DNA of 64,000 nt from an uncultured virus (IMG/VR IMGVR_UViG_3300017642_000089) (taxonomy: Duplodnaviria; Heunggongvirae; Uroviricota; Caudoviricetes): the IMG/VR virus record IMGVR_UViG_3300017642_000089, one strand, 5' to 3'. The position numbers and the translations under genes were made by a program. Shown here piece after piece: positions 40,434-49,871 of this stretch. The notes below the pieces were generated by a model. That model saw only the letters and a list, made by a program, of their open reading frames with translations, did no database searches and was not told the DNA's origin. Every line of letters begins with the position of its first letter. Positions within the stretch are counted from its first letter, which is position 1.

Positions 40434-40778
40434 ATGTCCAAACTCCGTTCCCCGCGCATGACCGCCTGCGGGTTCGTGGCCATGGGGCTGCTGACCCTGG
40501 TGGTCATCCTGTCGCCGCAGCAAGGGCCGGTGGCCGCCTACAAGCTGGCCCTGGTCCTGGCCGCCGGTTACGCCGGCTACTGGCTCGACCGCTGGGCCTT
40601 TCCCTACGCCCGGCCGGACAGCTATCTGCAATTCCCGGAGTGGCGCTCGCTCCGGGGCAAGATCTACCAGGCCGACAATCCGGTGGCCGACGGCCACGCC
40701 ATCCCCTTTGCCGCCGCCATGCTGCGCCGGGCTGTAGTCATGGGCGCGTGCATGCTGGCCGTGGGCCTGGGGCTGTAG
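40434..40778 (+). CDS. Putative holin
   Basis: Small multi-TM protein, GYWLDRWAFPYARP; precedes the endolysin. Confidence 0.8.
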   Translation: MSKLRSPRMTACGFVAMGLLTLVVILSPQQGPVAAYKLALVLAAGYAGYWLDRWAFPYARPDSYLQFPEWRSLRGKIYQADNPVADGHAIPFAAAMLRRAVVMGACMLAVGLGL

Positions 40779-40780
40779 TC

Positions 40781-41512
40781 ATGCGCCGTCTGTTGGCCGA
40801 CGCACTGCGGCGCATCCGCACGGTCTGCGACGACCGGGTGGAGGCTTTTGCGGACTTCCTCTTTAAGCCCATCATCACGGGCTTTCTGTGGGGCATGGGC
40901 TTCGGACTCGGGGCCTTTGTCATGCTCGTTGCCTGCGCCTCACTGGCCAAGGCCGAAACCATCCCGACGGCGGCCGCCAGGCACCGGGCCGAGCTGACCC
41001 GGTGCGGTCGCTACGCCTTCGGCCTTTCCGCTCCGGTGGCGACGCTGGCCGCACAACTCCACCAGGAATCCGGCTGGCGCGCGGATGCCGTGTCGCCGGT
41101 CGGCGCGCGCGGGCTGGCGCAGTTCATGCCGGCCACATCCCACTGGATTGCCGGGCTGGTTCCCGAACTGGCCGATAATGCCCCCTTCAACCCCGGCTGG
41201 GCCATGCGTGCCCTGGCCGAATACGACCGCTGGCTGTGGGACCGAGTGCGCGCCCGGGACGATTGCCAGCGCATGGCCATGGCACTTGCCGGCTACAACG
41301 GCGGCCTGGGCTGGGTGCAGCGCGATACCGCCCTGGCCCGCCAACACGGCGCGGACCCGTTAACCTGGTTCGACCACGTGGAGCATTTCAACGCCGGCCG
41401 GACCGCAGCCTCCTTCCGGGAGAACCGGGGCTATCCCCGGCGCATCCTTTTGACCTTGGAACCGCTCTACATGACGGCCGGCTGGGGCCCGGGGGTGTGC
41501 CATGCTCGGTAA
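40781..41512 (+). CDS. Endolysin, SLT lytic transglycosylase with N-terminal TM
   Basis: QES.W, GLAQFMPAT, GYNGG, ENRGY. Confidence 0.9.
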   Translation: MRRLLADALRRIRTVCDDRVEAFADFLFKPIITGFLWGMGFGLGAFVMLVACASLAKAETIPTAAARHRAELTRCGRYAFGLSAPVATLAAQLHQESGWRADAVSPVGARGLAQFMPATSHWIAGLVPELADNAPFNPGWAMRALAEYDRWLWDRVRARDDCQRMAMALAGYNGGLGWVQRDTALARQHGADPLTWFDHVEHFNAGRTAASFRENRGYPRRILLTLEPLYMTAGWGPGVCHAR

Positions 41513-42083
41513 GGCCGTCGCCGCCCTGGTGCTTGTCGCCCTGGCCTTCGGCGGCGGCTATCGGACCGGCTTCGACCGGGCCGATGCCATGCGCCGAGCC
41601 GAGGTGGCCGAATGCTCCGCCAAGCTCGAAACATGGAAGGCCGAGCAGGCCCAAGCCTTGGCCGCAGCCGAGCGCACGGCCCGGGAGCAGGCCGAGGCCG
41701 CGACAACCCGGGCCAACGGCCTGGCCGCCAAACTGGACGCGGCCAGGAAGGCCCAGGCGGCCAAAATACGCGACATCACACGGAGGATACCCCATGCCAC
41801 GGCTGGTCTTGATTGCACTTTCGGCCCTGATTTTGTGCGCCTGTACAACGAGGCCATCGGTTGCGCCGCCGGTCGTGCCGGTGGTGGTGCCGTGTCCCAA
41901 GCTGCAAGTCCCGCCGTCGCTGCTGGAACGGCCGCAACCGCCCCGGCCGCTGGTCCCGGACTACGACCTGTCCGAGCCGTGACCCCGGCCGACATACTGG
42001 CCCATATCCGCGACTTCGGAGCGCGCAGCCAGGCCCTGGAGGGGCAAGTCAACGCCTTGATCGACCTGGTCGGGGACCAGTGA
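41502..42083 (+). CDS. i-spanin (Rz-like)
   Basis: N-terminal TM plus Ala-rich coiled coil; follows the endolysin. Confidence 0.75.
   Translation: MLGKAVAALVLVALAFGGGYRTGFDRADAMRRAEVAECSAKLETWKAEQAQALAAAERTAREQAEAATTRANGLAAKLDAARKAQAAKIRDITRRIPHATAGLDCTFGPDFVRLYNEAIGCAAGRAGGGAVSQAASPAVAAGTAATAPAAGPGLRPVRAVTPADILAHIRDFGARSQALEGQVNALIDLVGDQ
41794..41982 (+). CDS. o-spanin (Rz1-like lipoprotein) embedded in the +1 frame
   Basis: GGAGG RBS; MPRLVLIALSALILCAC lipobox; Pro-rich, 62 aa. Confidence 0.75.
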   Translation: MPRLVLIALSALILCACTTRPSVAPPVVPVVVPCPKLQVPPSLLERPQPPRPLVPDYDLSEP

Positions 42084-42337
42084 TGGACGCCGCCGTCTGG
42101 CTGCCTATGGCCCTCAACATCTTGCTGGGGCTGGTGGCCTTCTTCGGAGGCCTCTGGGTGCGCAACCTGCAAGCGGCGCTTGCCCGCACAGAGGTTGAAC
42201 TGGCCGCACTGCGGAACAAGGTGGCGGACGGCTGCGTGCGCCGCGACGACTATTTGTTGATGCGAACCGAGACCTTGGACCGGCTCAAGGCCATCGAGGC
42301 CAAGCTGGACCGGCTCATTGCAGGGGGGAAACCATGA
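42083..42337 (+). CDS. Small TM/coiled-coil phage protein
   Basis: TM segment plus VRRDDY..IEAKLD. Confidence 0.7.
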   Translation: MDAAVWLPMALNILLGLVAFFGGLWVRNLQAALARTEVELAALRNKVADGCVRRDDYLLMRTETLDRLKAIEAKLDRLIAGGKP

Positions 42338-42528
42338 CGGACCGGGGGAACGAGGAATCCACCGAGGTGACGCTGCTTAGGCGCATCGACGGCAAGGTGG
42401 ACAAGGTGACGGCGCAGCTCGACGCCGTGGGCCGGCGGGCGGCCGTGACCGGCGGACTGTCCGGCTCCATTGCCGGCGGCTTGGCGGCCATCGCCGTGCA
42501 CTACATCAAGATGAAAATGGGCTGGTAG
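42334..42528 (+). CDS. Small phage protein with C-terminal TM
   Basis: Coupled ORF. Confidence 0.65.
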   Translation: MTDRGNEESTEVTLLRRIDGKVDKVTAQLDAVGRRAAVTGGLSGSIAGGLAAIAVHYIKMKMGW

Positions 42529-42531
42529 GCG

Positions 42532-43032
42532 ATGGCCCATGCCAGGGAAACGGTGGCGGCGGTCCGGGCTGCCTACGTCCACGACCGGCTGCCCATCGAA
42601 GCGGCCGCGACCAAGGCCGGCGTGCCGGCCGCCACGGCGTCCCGCTGGAAGCGCAAGGCGCGCGAGGCCGGCGACGACTGGGACAAGTTGCGGGCCGCCA
42701 GCCTGCTGGCCGGCGACGGCGTGGAAGCGGTGGCCCGGCAGATGCTGGCCGACTACGTCCTTCAGCACAAGGCGCTCATGGAGACGATCACGGCGGACGC
42801 GGCCATGCCGGCCGCAGCCAAGGTGCAGATGCTTTCCAGCCTGGCCGACAGCTTCAACAAGACGGTCGCCGCGTCCAAGCGCGTGCTGCCGGAGACGTCC
42901 GAGCTGGCCACGGCGCTTGCCGTGCTGGACAAGCTCGGCCGCTTCATCCGCGACCATTACCCGCAGCACGGCCCGGCCTTCGTGGAGATACTGGAGCCGT
43001 TCGGGGCGGAAATCGCCAAGGCCTACGGGTAG
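42532..43032 (+). CDS. DUF1804-family protein (putative terminase small subunit)
   Basis: N-terminal HTH, GDDWDKLRAA; precedes terL. Confidence 0.8.
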   Translation: MAHARETVAAVRAAYVHDRLPIEAAATKAGVPAATASRWKRKAREAGDDWDKLRAASLLAGDGVEAVARQMLADYVLQHKALMETITADAAMPAAAKVQMLSSLADSFNKTVAASKRVLPETSELATALAVLDKLGRFIRDHYPQHGPAFVEILEPFGAEIAKAYG

Positions 43033-43038
43033 AACGCC

Positions 43039-44667
43039 GTGAAGCTCAAGCAAAAGGATTTCCTGGCCGAACTGGCCAAGCTGGCCGAGTCCCTGCGCCG
43101 CACCATCGAGGCCGAGTGCGACGGCTTTGCCGCCGATCCGGCCGCGTCCAAGGAACGACGCGAGCGCGTGCAAGGCGATTTCGCCTTTTTCCGGCGCACC
43201 TATTTTCCGCATTACTGCCGGTACGGTGACAGCGTCTTGCACACCTGGCTCGACGCCACCCTGCCGGCCCTGGTGGACCACCCGGACGGCCAGCGCCTGG
43301 CCGTGGCCGCCCCGCGCGGCGAAGCCAAGTCCACCGTCGTCTCCCTCATCTTCGTCCTGTGGTGCCTGCTAACCGGCCGCAAGCGCTACGTGATCCTCAT
43401 CGCCGATGCCTTCGAGCAGGCCGCTGCGCTCCTGGAGGCGGTCAAGGTGGAACTTGAGGCCAACCCACGCTTGGCCATGGACTGGCCCGAGGCCGTGGGC
43501 ATGGGCCGCGTGTGGAACGTGGGCGTGGTCGTCACCGCCGGCAACGCCAAAATCCAGGCCTTCGGCTCGGGCAAGCGCATGCGCGGCCAGCGCCACGGCC
43601 CGCACCGGCCGGACCTGGTTGTCTGCGACGACCTGGAGAACGACGAGAACGTCAAAAGCCCGGAGCAGCGCGACAAGCTGGAAAGCTGGCTCAAGAAAAC
43701 GGTGCTGTCGCTCGGCGCGGCCGGCGACACCATGGACGTGATCCTGGTCGGCACGGTGCTGCACTACGATTCCGTGCTGTCCCGGCTTTTGGGCAACAAA
43801 CTGTGGCGCTCGCGCACCTTCAAGGCGGTCGTCGAATGGCCGCACCGCCTCGACCTGTGGGACCGCTGGGAAGAGATTCTGCTGGCCGACGGCGAGGAGC
43901 CGGCCCGGGCCTTCTACCTGGAGCGGCAGGACGCCATGGAGGAAGGGGCGGTGGTCTCCTGGCCTACCGCCCGGCCGCTCTACAAGCTGATGCTCAAGCG
44001 CGCCCGGGACGGCCACGACGCCTTCGATTCCGAGCAGCAAAACGACCCGGTGGCCGGCGACGGCGCGCCCTTTGCCGGCTGCATCACGTTCTGGGTGGAG
44101 CGCAAGAGCGACTGGCTTTTCTTCGGCGCCCTGGACCCGTCTCTCGGCAAGTCCGGCAACAGCCGCGACCCCTCGGCCTTGCTGGTCGGCGGTTACTCGC
44201 GGGAGCGCGGCGTGCTGGACGTGGTGGAGGCCGCCATCCGCAAGCGGGTGCCGGACCGGATCATCGAAGACGTGATCACCATGCAACTGCACTACAACTG
44301 CCTGCTTTGGGTGGTGGAGACGGTGCAGTTCCAGGAGTTTTTGCGCACGGAGCTCATCCGCCGCGCCCGTGAGCGCGGCCTGTCCATGCCGGCCCGGGGC
44401 GTTTCGCCCATTGCCGACAAGGTGCTGCGCATAGAGGCCATCCAGCCCTACGTGGCCCAGGGCCGCATCCGGCTCCATCCCTCGCAGACCACACTTGTCG
44501 AGCAGCTCAAGCACTTTCCCAAGGCCGACCACGACGACGGGCCGGACGCCCTGGAAATGCTCTGGCAGGCCGCCACCACCGGCTTTACCACCATGCGCTT
44601 TACCCCCGTGCGCCCCTCGCGCGGGCGAAGCCTTGTACGGAGACGCCATGCTGACCCGGATGATTAA
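43039..44667 (+). CDS. terL: Terminase large subunit
   Basis: APRGEAKST, VVCDDLEND, LDPSLG, HDDGPDAL. Confidence 0.93.
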   Translation: MKLKQKDFLAELAKLAESLRRTIEAECDGFAADPAASKERRERVQGDFAFFRRTYFPHYCRYGDSVLHTWLDATLPALVDHPDGQRLAVAAPRGEAKSTVVSLIFVLWCLLTGRKRYVILIADAFEQAAALLEAVKVELEANPRLAMDWPEAVGMGRVWNVGVVVTAGNAKIQAFGSGKRMRGQRHGPHRPDLVVCDDLENDENVKSPEQRDKLESWLKKTVLSLGAAGDTMDVILVGTVLHYDSVLSRLLGNKLWRSRTFKAVVEWPHRLDLWDRWEEILLADGEEPARAFYLERQDAMEEGAVVSWPTARPLYKLMLKRARDGHDAFDSEQQNDPVAGDGAPFAGCITFWVERKSDWLFFGALDPSLGKSGNSRDPSALLVGGYSRERGVLDVVEAAIRKRVPDRIIEDVITMQLHYNCLLWVVETVQFQEFLRTELIRRARERGLSMPARGVSPIADKVLRIEAIQPYVAQGRIRLHPSQTTLVEQLKHFPKADHDDGPDALEMLWQAATTGFTTMRFTPVRPSRGRSLVRRRHADPDD

Positions 44668-46240
44668 CGCCATCAACGCGGCCGTAACGGCCTTCAAGGG
44701 CGGCCAGGCCGAGGGCGCGATGCAGACGCCCACCCTGGCCGCGCTGCACAACCGCTACATCGAGAGTCTGACCGGCGGGCTGACCCCGGACCGGCTGGAG
44801 CGCATCCTGCGCGCCGCCGACCAGGGCGACATCGTGCCCCAGCATGAACTGTTCGCGGACATCGAGGACCGGGACGAGCACATCCACGCCGAACTGTCCA
44901 AGCGCCGCCGGGCGCTGCTGGCCGTACCCTGGCGGGTGGTGCCGGGCCGGCCCGACGACAAGCGGGCCGAGGCCGTGGCGGCGGCCGTACGCGAGCAACT
45001 GGCCACCGTGGCCGATTTCGAGGACGTGCTTTTGGACATGGCCGACGCCGTGGGCCACGGATTTTCTTGCCTGGAGATCGAATGGGCCTTCGACGGCGGC
45101 CTGCATCTGCCGGCGGCCCTGCATCACCGGCCGCAAAGCTGGTTCCAGCTGGCCCCGGACCTGGAGACGTTGCGCCTGCGCGACGACAGCATGGACGGGG
45201 CCGAGCTGTGGCCGTTGGGGTGGATCGTGCACCGCCACCGCTCCAAGTCGGGCTGGTTCGCCCGGGCCGGCCTGTTCCGTGTGCTGGTCTGGACCTACCT
45301 GCTCAAGCAGTATTGCCGGGGCGACTTCTCGGCTTTTCTGGAAGTCCACGGCATGCCCATGCGCCTGGGCAAGTATCCGTCCGGCACCAGCGACGAGGAG
45401 CAGAAGGTGCTGCTGTCCGCCTTGCAGGCCTTGGGGCATGACGCGGCCGGCATCGTGCCCGACGGCATGATGATCGAGTTTCACGAGGCGGCGCGCGGCA
45501 GCGAAAAGCCGTTTCTGGCCATGCACGAGCTGTGCGAGACCGGGCAGTCCAAGGCCATCCTGGGCAGCACGCTCACCACCGACACCAAGGGCGTGGGCAG
45601 CCAGGCCCTGGGCGAGATTCACAACGAGGTGCGCCTCGACATCCGCGACAGCGACGCCCGGCAGATCGCCGGCACGCTGACGCGGCAGTTGCTCGCGCCC
45701 CTGGCCGTGCTCAACGCCGGCGTGACCGACGCGGGCTTGCTGCCCCGGTTCGTCTTCGACACCGCCTGCCCCGAGGACCTGGAAAAACTGGCCAACAGCC
45801 TGCCCAAGCTGGCGTCTGTCATGCGCATTCCGGCAACCTGGGCGCACGAACGGGCCGGCATCCCCATGCCCGAGGGCGGCGAGCCGGTGCTCGGCGCCCC
45901 GTCCGACGCCGGAAAAGACGCGGGAAGCGACACCGCTCCGGAGCCGGCCACGGCGGCCCTTGCCGCTACGCCGGGCGAGGACGGCGCGTCCGGCTACCCG
46001 GACCAGGACGCCGTTGACGCGGCTACCGTGCCGGACGCCACGCTCACTGCACTGGCCCGTGACCTGCTGGCGCCGCTTTTGGCCGAGGCGACCTCCGGCA
46101 CGTCGCCCGAGGCGCTCCTCGGCAAGCTGGCCGAAGTGTACCCCAGGATGGACACGGCGGCGCTGGAAGAGTTGTGCGCCCGGGTGTTGTTCGTGGGCGA
46201 GCTGTGGGGGCGGCTGTCCGTCCAGGACGAGGCCGATTGA
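44648..46240 (+). CDS. Portal protein (Mu gp29/DUF935)
   Basis: DAVGHGFSCLEIEW, GMPMRLGKY, SKAILGSTLT, HNEVR. Confidence 0.92.
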   Translation: MLTRMINAINAAVTAFKGGQAEGAMQTPTLAALHNRYIESLTGGLTPDRLERILRAADQGDIVPQHELFADIEDRDEHIHAELSKRRRALLAVPWRVVPGRPDDKRAEAVAAAVREQLATVADFEDVLLDMADAVGHGFSCLEIEWAFDGGLHLPAALHHRPQSWFQLAPDLETLRLRDDSMDGAELWPLGWIVHRHRSKSGWFARAGLFRVLVWTYLLKQYCRGDFSAFLEVHGMPMRLGKYPSGTSDEEQKVLLSALQALGHDAAGIVPDGMMIEFHEAARGSEKPFLAMHELCETGQSKAILGSTLTTDTKGVGSQALGEIHNEVRLDIRDSDARQIAGTLTRQLLAPLAVLNAGVTDAGLLPRFVFDTACPEDLEKLANSLPKLASVMRIPATWAHERAGIPMPEGGEPVLGAPSDAGKDAGSDTAPEPATAALAATPGEDGASGYPDQDAVDAATVPDATLTALARDLLAPLLAEATSGTSPEALLGKLAEVYPRMDTAALEELCARVLFVGELWGRLSVQDEAD

Positions 46241-47499
46241 TGCCCGAACCCGTTTCCCTTTCCTTCGCCATGGGCCTGCCGCCCAAGGATGCGGTCGCCT
46301 ATTTCGAGGGCAAGGGCTACCGCGTCACCTTCGACTGGAAGGAGCTTGACCAGGCCGCCCACGCCACGGGCTTCACCATCGCCAAGATGGCGCAAGCGGA
46401 CATGCTGCGCGACGTGCAAAGCTGCCTGACGCAGTGCCTTACGGAGGGCAAGACCGAAGACTGGTTTCGCAAGCGGATGGAACCGTACCTCAGGGCGCGC
46501 GGCTGGTGGGGGAAGCAGCCGATGATCGACCCGCGCACCGGCGAGGAGCGGCGCGTGCAGCTCGGCAGCCCGGCCAGGTTGCGGCTCATCTATCGTCAGA
46601 ACATGCAGACCGCGTTCATGGCCGGCCGCTACAAGCAGATGCTGGAGAACGCCGACGCCCGGCCGTGGTGGCAGTACGTGGCCGTGCTCGACGGCAAGAC
46701 CCGGCCGTCCCACAAGGTGCTTTCCGGCCGCACCTTCCGCTACGACGATCCTTTTTGGGCCAGCCACTACCCGCCCAACGGCTTCAACTGCCGCTGCCGG
46801 GTGCGGGCGCTTTCCGACTTCCGCCTGGACAAGGAAAAGGTCACCCCGGAGTCCGGCGTGGGCAACATGGTGACCGAACAGGTGGCCGTGCCGGACAGCG
46901 CAACCGGGGAGGTGCAGCGGCGTACGGTGACCGGCTACCGCGTGCCGCAGTCGGGCTATGTTGTGTTCACGGACGTCGGCTTCTCGGCCAATGCGGGGGC
47001 GTCCTGGCTGGGCGGCGCGCTGGCCGAACTGACGCGCACGCTCGACGCCGCGCCGGCGGAGGTAGCCCGGCTGGCCGTTAGGGACATGGTGACCGGTCCG
47101 GCCCTGCCGCAGTGGCTCACGCGCCCGGCCGGACCGTTTCCCCTGGCCGTTCTGCCGGAGGCGGACGCCGCGCTGGTCGGTGCGCGTTGCCGGGTGGCCC
47201 GTTTGTCGCCCGAAACGGCCGGCAAGCAGGCGTCGCGGCATCCCGAGCTGGCGGCGGCCGATTACGCCAAGGCGCAAGCGGCTGTGGATGCGGGCGAACG
47301 GGTGCAGGACGGGAAGCACAGCCTGGTCTATGTGCTGGACGAGCCCGGCGGCGTGGTTGTGGTGGTCAAGGCCACCCTGGAAGGCGGGGAATTGTACGTG
47401 CAGAGTCTGCGTCGGATGAGCGCCAAACAGGCCGAGCGAGACGAGGTTATCCGGCGCGTCAAAAGAAAAAGCGCCCGCCTGGGAAAAGACGAGCGCTAA
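46240..47499 (+). CDS. MuF (gp30) head morphogenesis protein with C-terminal PBECR-like extension
   Basis: VLDGKTRPSH, YPPNGFNCRC; extra ~130 aa with KQASRHPEL..VVKAT..ELYVQSLRR. Confidence 0.88.
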   Translation: MPEPVSLSFAMGLPPKDAVAYFEGKGYRVTFDWKELDQAAHATGFTIAKMAQADMLRDVQSCLTQCLTEGKTEDWFRKRMEPYLRARGWWGKQPMIDPRTGEERRVQLGSPARLRLIYRQNMQTAFMAGRYKQMLENADARPWWQYVAVLDGKTRPSHKVLSGRTFRYDDPFWASHYPPNGFNCRCRVRALSDFRLDKEKVTPESGVGNMVTEQVAVPDSATGEVQRRTVTGYRVPQSGYVVFTDVGFSANAGASWLGGALAELTRTLDAAPAEVARLAVRDMVTGPALPQWLTRPAGPFPLAVLPEADAALVGARCRVARLSPETAGKQASRHPELAAADYAKAQAAVDAGERVQDGKHSLVYVLDEPGGVVVVVKATLEGGELYVQSLRRMSAKQAERDEVIRRVKRKSARLGKDER

Positions 47500-47503
47500 A
47501 AAC

Positions 47504-47615
47504 CGTGGTGGAAGGCGAGGCCCCCTATCCGCTTTCGCGGCAACCTCGCATGGCGCTCCGGGCGGCTGCCCGTGCTACGGCCAGGGGAATGGCACCGTGT
47601 CACATCCACCGTACG
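47504..47615 (+). ncRNA. Predicted structured RNA (multi-stem with pseudoknot)
   Basis: Nested stems fill the F-G intergenic region; see findings. Confidence 0.45.
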
Positions 47616-47625
47616 AGACATAGCC

Positions 47626-48108
47626 ATGATCGAAGTCGAAGTAAACATCGCCGGGCTGGAGGCGCTGCTCGGTCGGGCCATTGCCCTGGGTGCGGACATG
47701 ACGCCCATTACCCGCGCCCTGGCCGGCGTGCTGGCCGACATCCCGGAACGGGCGTTCGCCAACCAGGCCGATCCGGTGACGGGGCAGGCCTGGGCGCCGT
47801 TGAAACCTTCCACGGTTAAGCGTCGGGGGAGCGCCACGCCGATATTGCAAGTCAGCGGCCACCTGGCCGGCTCCATGCAGAGCGAATCCGGGCCGGACTT
47901 CGCCCGCGTGACCACGGCCACGGTCTACGCCCCCACCCACCAGAACGGCGCGAAGAAAGGCGCCTTCGGCAGCACCAAGCGCGGCCGGCCCATCCCCTGG
48001 GGTGATATCCCGGCCCGCCGCTTCTTGGGCGTCGGTCCCGAGGACGAAGAGGAATTGCTGCAAACGGCCTCCCAAACGCTCCAACGAGTGCTGGCGGGGC
48101 GAGGCTAG
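47626..48108 (+). CDS. Virion morphogenesis protein (Mu G-like)
   Basis: WAPLKPST, YAPTHQNG, IPARRFLG. Confidence 0.88.
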   Translation: MIEVEVNIAGLEALLGRAIALGADMTPITRALAGVLADIPERAFANQADPVTGQAWAPLKPSTVKRRGSATPILQVSGHLAGSMQSESGPDFARVTTATVYAPTHQNGAKKGAFGSTKRGRPIPWGDIPARRFLGVGPEDEEELLQTASQTLQRVLAGRG

Positions 48109-48250
48109 GGGGAAGGGAGTAGGATGGATTTTAACGGGGGGTTAACGGGGTTTATCGCAGAGTTAATACTCGACAATGCGTTGCCGCCAGTATAGTTTTA
48201 AAAAAATTAATATTAGACCTCCAATAAGTAGCCAGGGGTGGAAGAGAAAT

Positions 48251-49810
48251 ATGTCTCGCAAGAAATCAGCAGATTATTCAAAGCTTCGAAGTATTATTCA
48301 AGAAAATTTGAGAGTTGAATGCGAGAGTACTAAGGATTTAATATATATTGATAGTGGGAATGAAGTCCAAGATATTTGCACACGCCAAAATCATGTTGTT
48401 TTTGCTCGTCGTGGATGTGGAAAAACATTACTACTTCATTATTCTGCGCGAGTATTAAATAATGACATAAAGGCTATTTATTTAAATTGCGAAGATTTTA
48501 AGCAGCATTCTTTCCCAAACGTACTTATCGAAATATTTGATGCTATTTTTAAAGAATTATTAAAAAATCTACATGGTTGGTTCGGAAGAAAAAAGAAGTT
48601 AAGGCAGATTGTAAAAGAAATTATAGACGAGTTAAGCTCTCTTCGTGAGACAGAAGATATATCAGATATTCAGGTAACAACAAAGACATCATCTGAGGAG
48701 GCCAAAAAAGTAGACTTTACAGCAGGGTATAATGCAAAAAAATTTGGCTCTTTGGAGATTGGAGCACAGACTGGTGCTAATCGCAAAGAAGATATTGAAA
48801 AAAATTTCTATACAAAAACAGATAAATTACAAAGAATCGATTTACGCCTTCCATGGTTTAAACAAAAAATACGAGAATTCTTTGAGATATCAAGCAATGT
48901 TAAATTTATTTTTTTGCAGATTGACGACTTCTACCATCTAAGACAAGAGGATCAGCCATATGTAGTTGATTATATACATAGGCTTTGTAAAGATGTCCCC
49001 CTCTTTTTTAAAATTGCTACTCTTAGGCATGTCTCTGTACTTTATTCTGATCATAAGGGACAACCAATAGGTGCACAGGAACGCCACGACTATCAACCAA
49101 TTAATATTGATTATACATTTGAAGATTTTCAAAAAACAAAAAACAAGAATAGACAAATTTTCCATCAGTTTGGTGAGCTTGCGGGGATTAAATCAACAGA
49201 ATTTGACACACTATTTTTTAAGGGGGAGGGCTTTGATCGGCTTGTATTAGCAGGCGGTGGTGTCCCGAGGGATACTTTGTCTCTCTTTTTAGAGGTTTTT
49301 AGCAATGTACAGCAAAATAGTGATGATCGTATTGGGAAAGATGATGTTCGTATCCTTAGCAAAGCAAATTTTGAACATCTCATTCAGGAATTAAAAAATG
49401 ACTCTGAGCTTATTGAACAGGAGCCACTTGTAAAAGCAATTTATGTAATCAGAACATTTTGCATGGAAAAACGGACAAGTATTTTTTTAGTTCAAGAGCA
49501 AACCTTGCAACAAGAGGATGCATTTCATAGAGTTATTTATAGATTGCTAGATTATAGAATAATACACACAGCTGCAACTGCACTTACCCATAAATCAAGA
49601 GAGGGAACCTATCAGGCTTTTTTAGTAAATATTGGTTGTTATGCCCATCTTCGAAAGCTTGATAAAAAAATTAACGAGATAGATTTATCTTCACCTACTG
49701 CCAAAGATAAGATGCGATCTGCTCCTATCCTTGAATTAAACCAGTTTAATACTCAATTTAAGCAGGCTCCAGACAATGTGGAACAAATACTAATTACAGA
49801 AGAAAACTAG
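48251..49810 (+). CDS. Low-GC moron, ORC/CDC6-like AAA+ ATPase
   Basis: ARRGCGKT Walker A, FLQIDDF Walker B, GGVPRD. Confidence 0.8.
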   Translation: MSRKKSADYSKLRSIIQENLRVECESTKDLIYIDSGNEVQDICTRQNHVVFARRGCGKTLLLHYSARVLNNDIKAIYLNCEDFKQHSFPNVLIEIFDAIFKELLKNLHGWFGRKKKLRQIVKEIIDELSSLRETEDISDIQVTTKTSSEEAKKVDFTAGYNAKKFGSLEIGAQTGANRKEDIEKNFYTKTDKLQRIDLRLPWFKQKIREFFEISSNVKFIFLQIDDFYHLRQEDQPYVVDYIHRLCKDVPLFFKIATLRHVSVLYSDHKGQPIGAQERHDYQPINIDYTFEDFQKTKNKNRQIFHQFGELAGIKSTEFDTLFFKGEGFDRLVLAGGGVPRDTLSLFLEVFSNVQQNSDDRIGKDDVRILSKANFEHLIQELKNDSELIEQEPLVKAIYVIRTFCMEKRTSIFLVQEQTLQQEDAFHRVIYRLLDYRIIHTAATALTHKSREGTYQAFLVNIGCYAHLRKLDKKINEIDLSSPTAKDKMRSAPILELNQFNTQFKQAPDNVEQILITEEN

Positions 49811-49819
49811 TTTTCTCTT

Positions 49820-49871
49820 CTGAACCCCTTCACCTATCGCTTCGCCCCCGTCCGCCACTAGCGTGGCGGAC
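49820..49871 (+). promoter_or_regulatory. Late promoter motif 2 (protease-capsid-tail operon)
   Basis: Same 19-bp motif; TAGCGT 26 bp after the palindrome; ATG 7 nt later. Confidence 0.75.
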
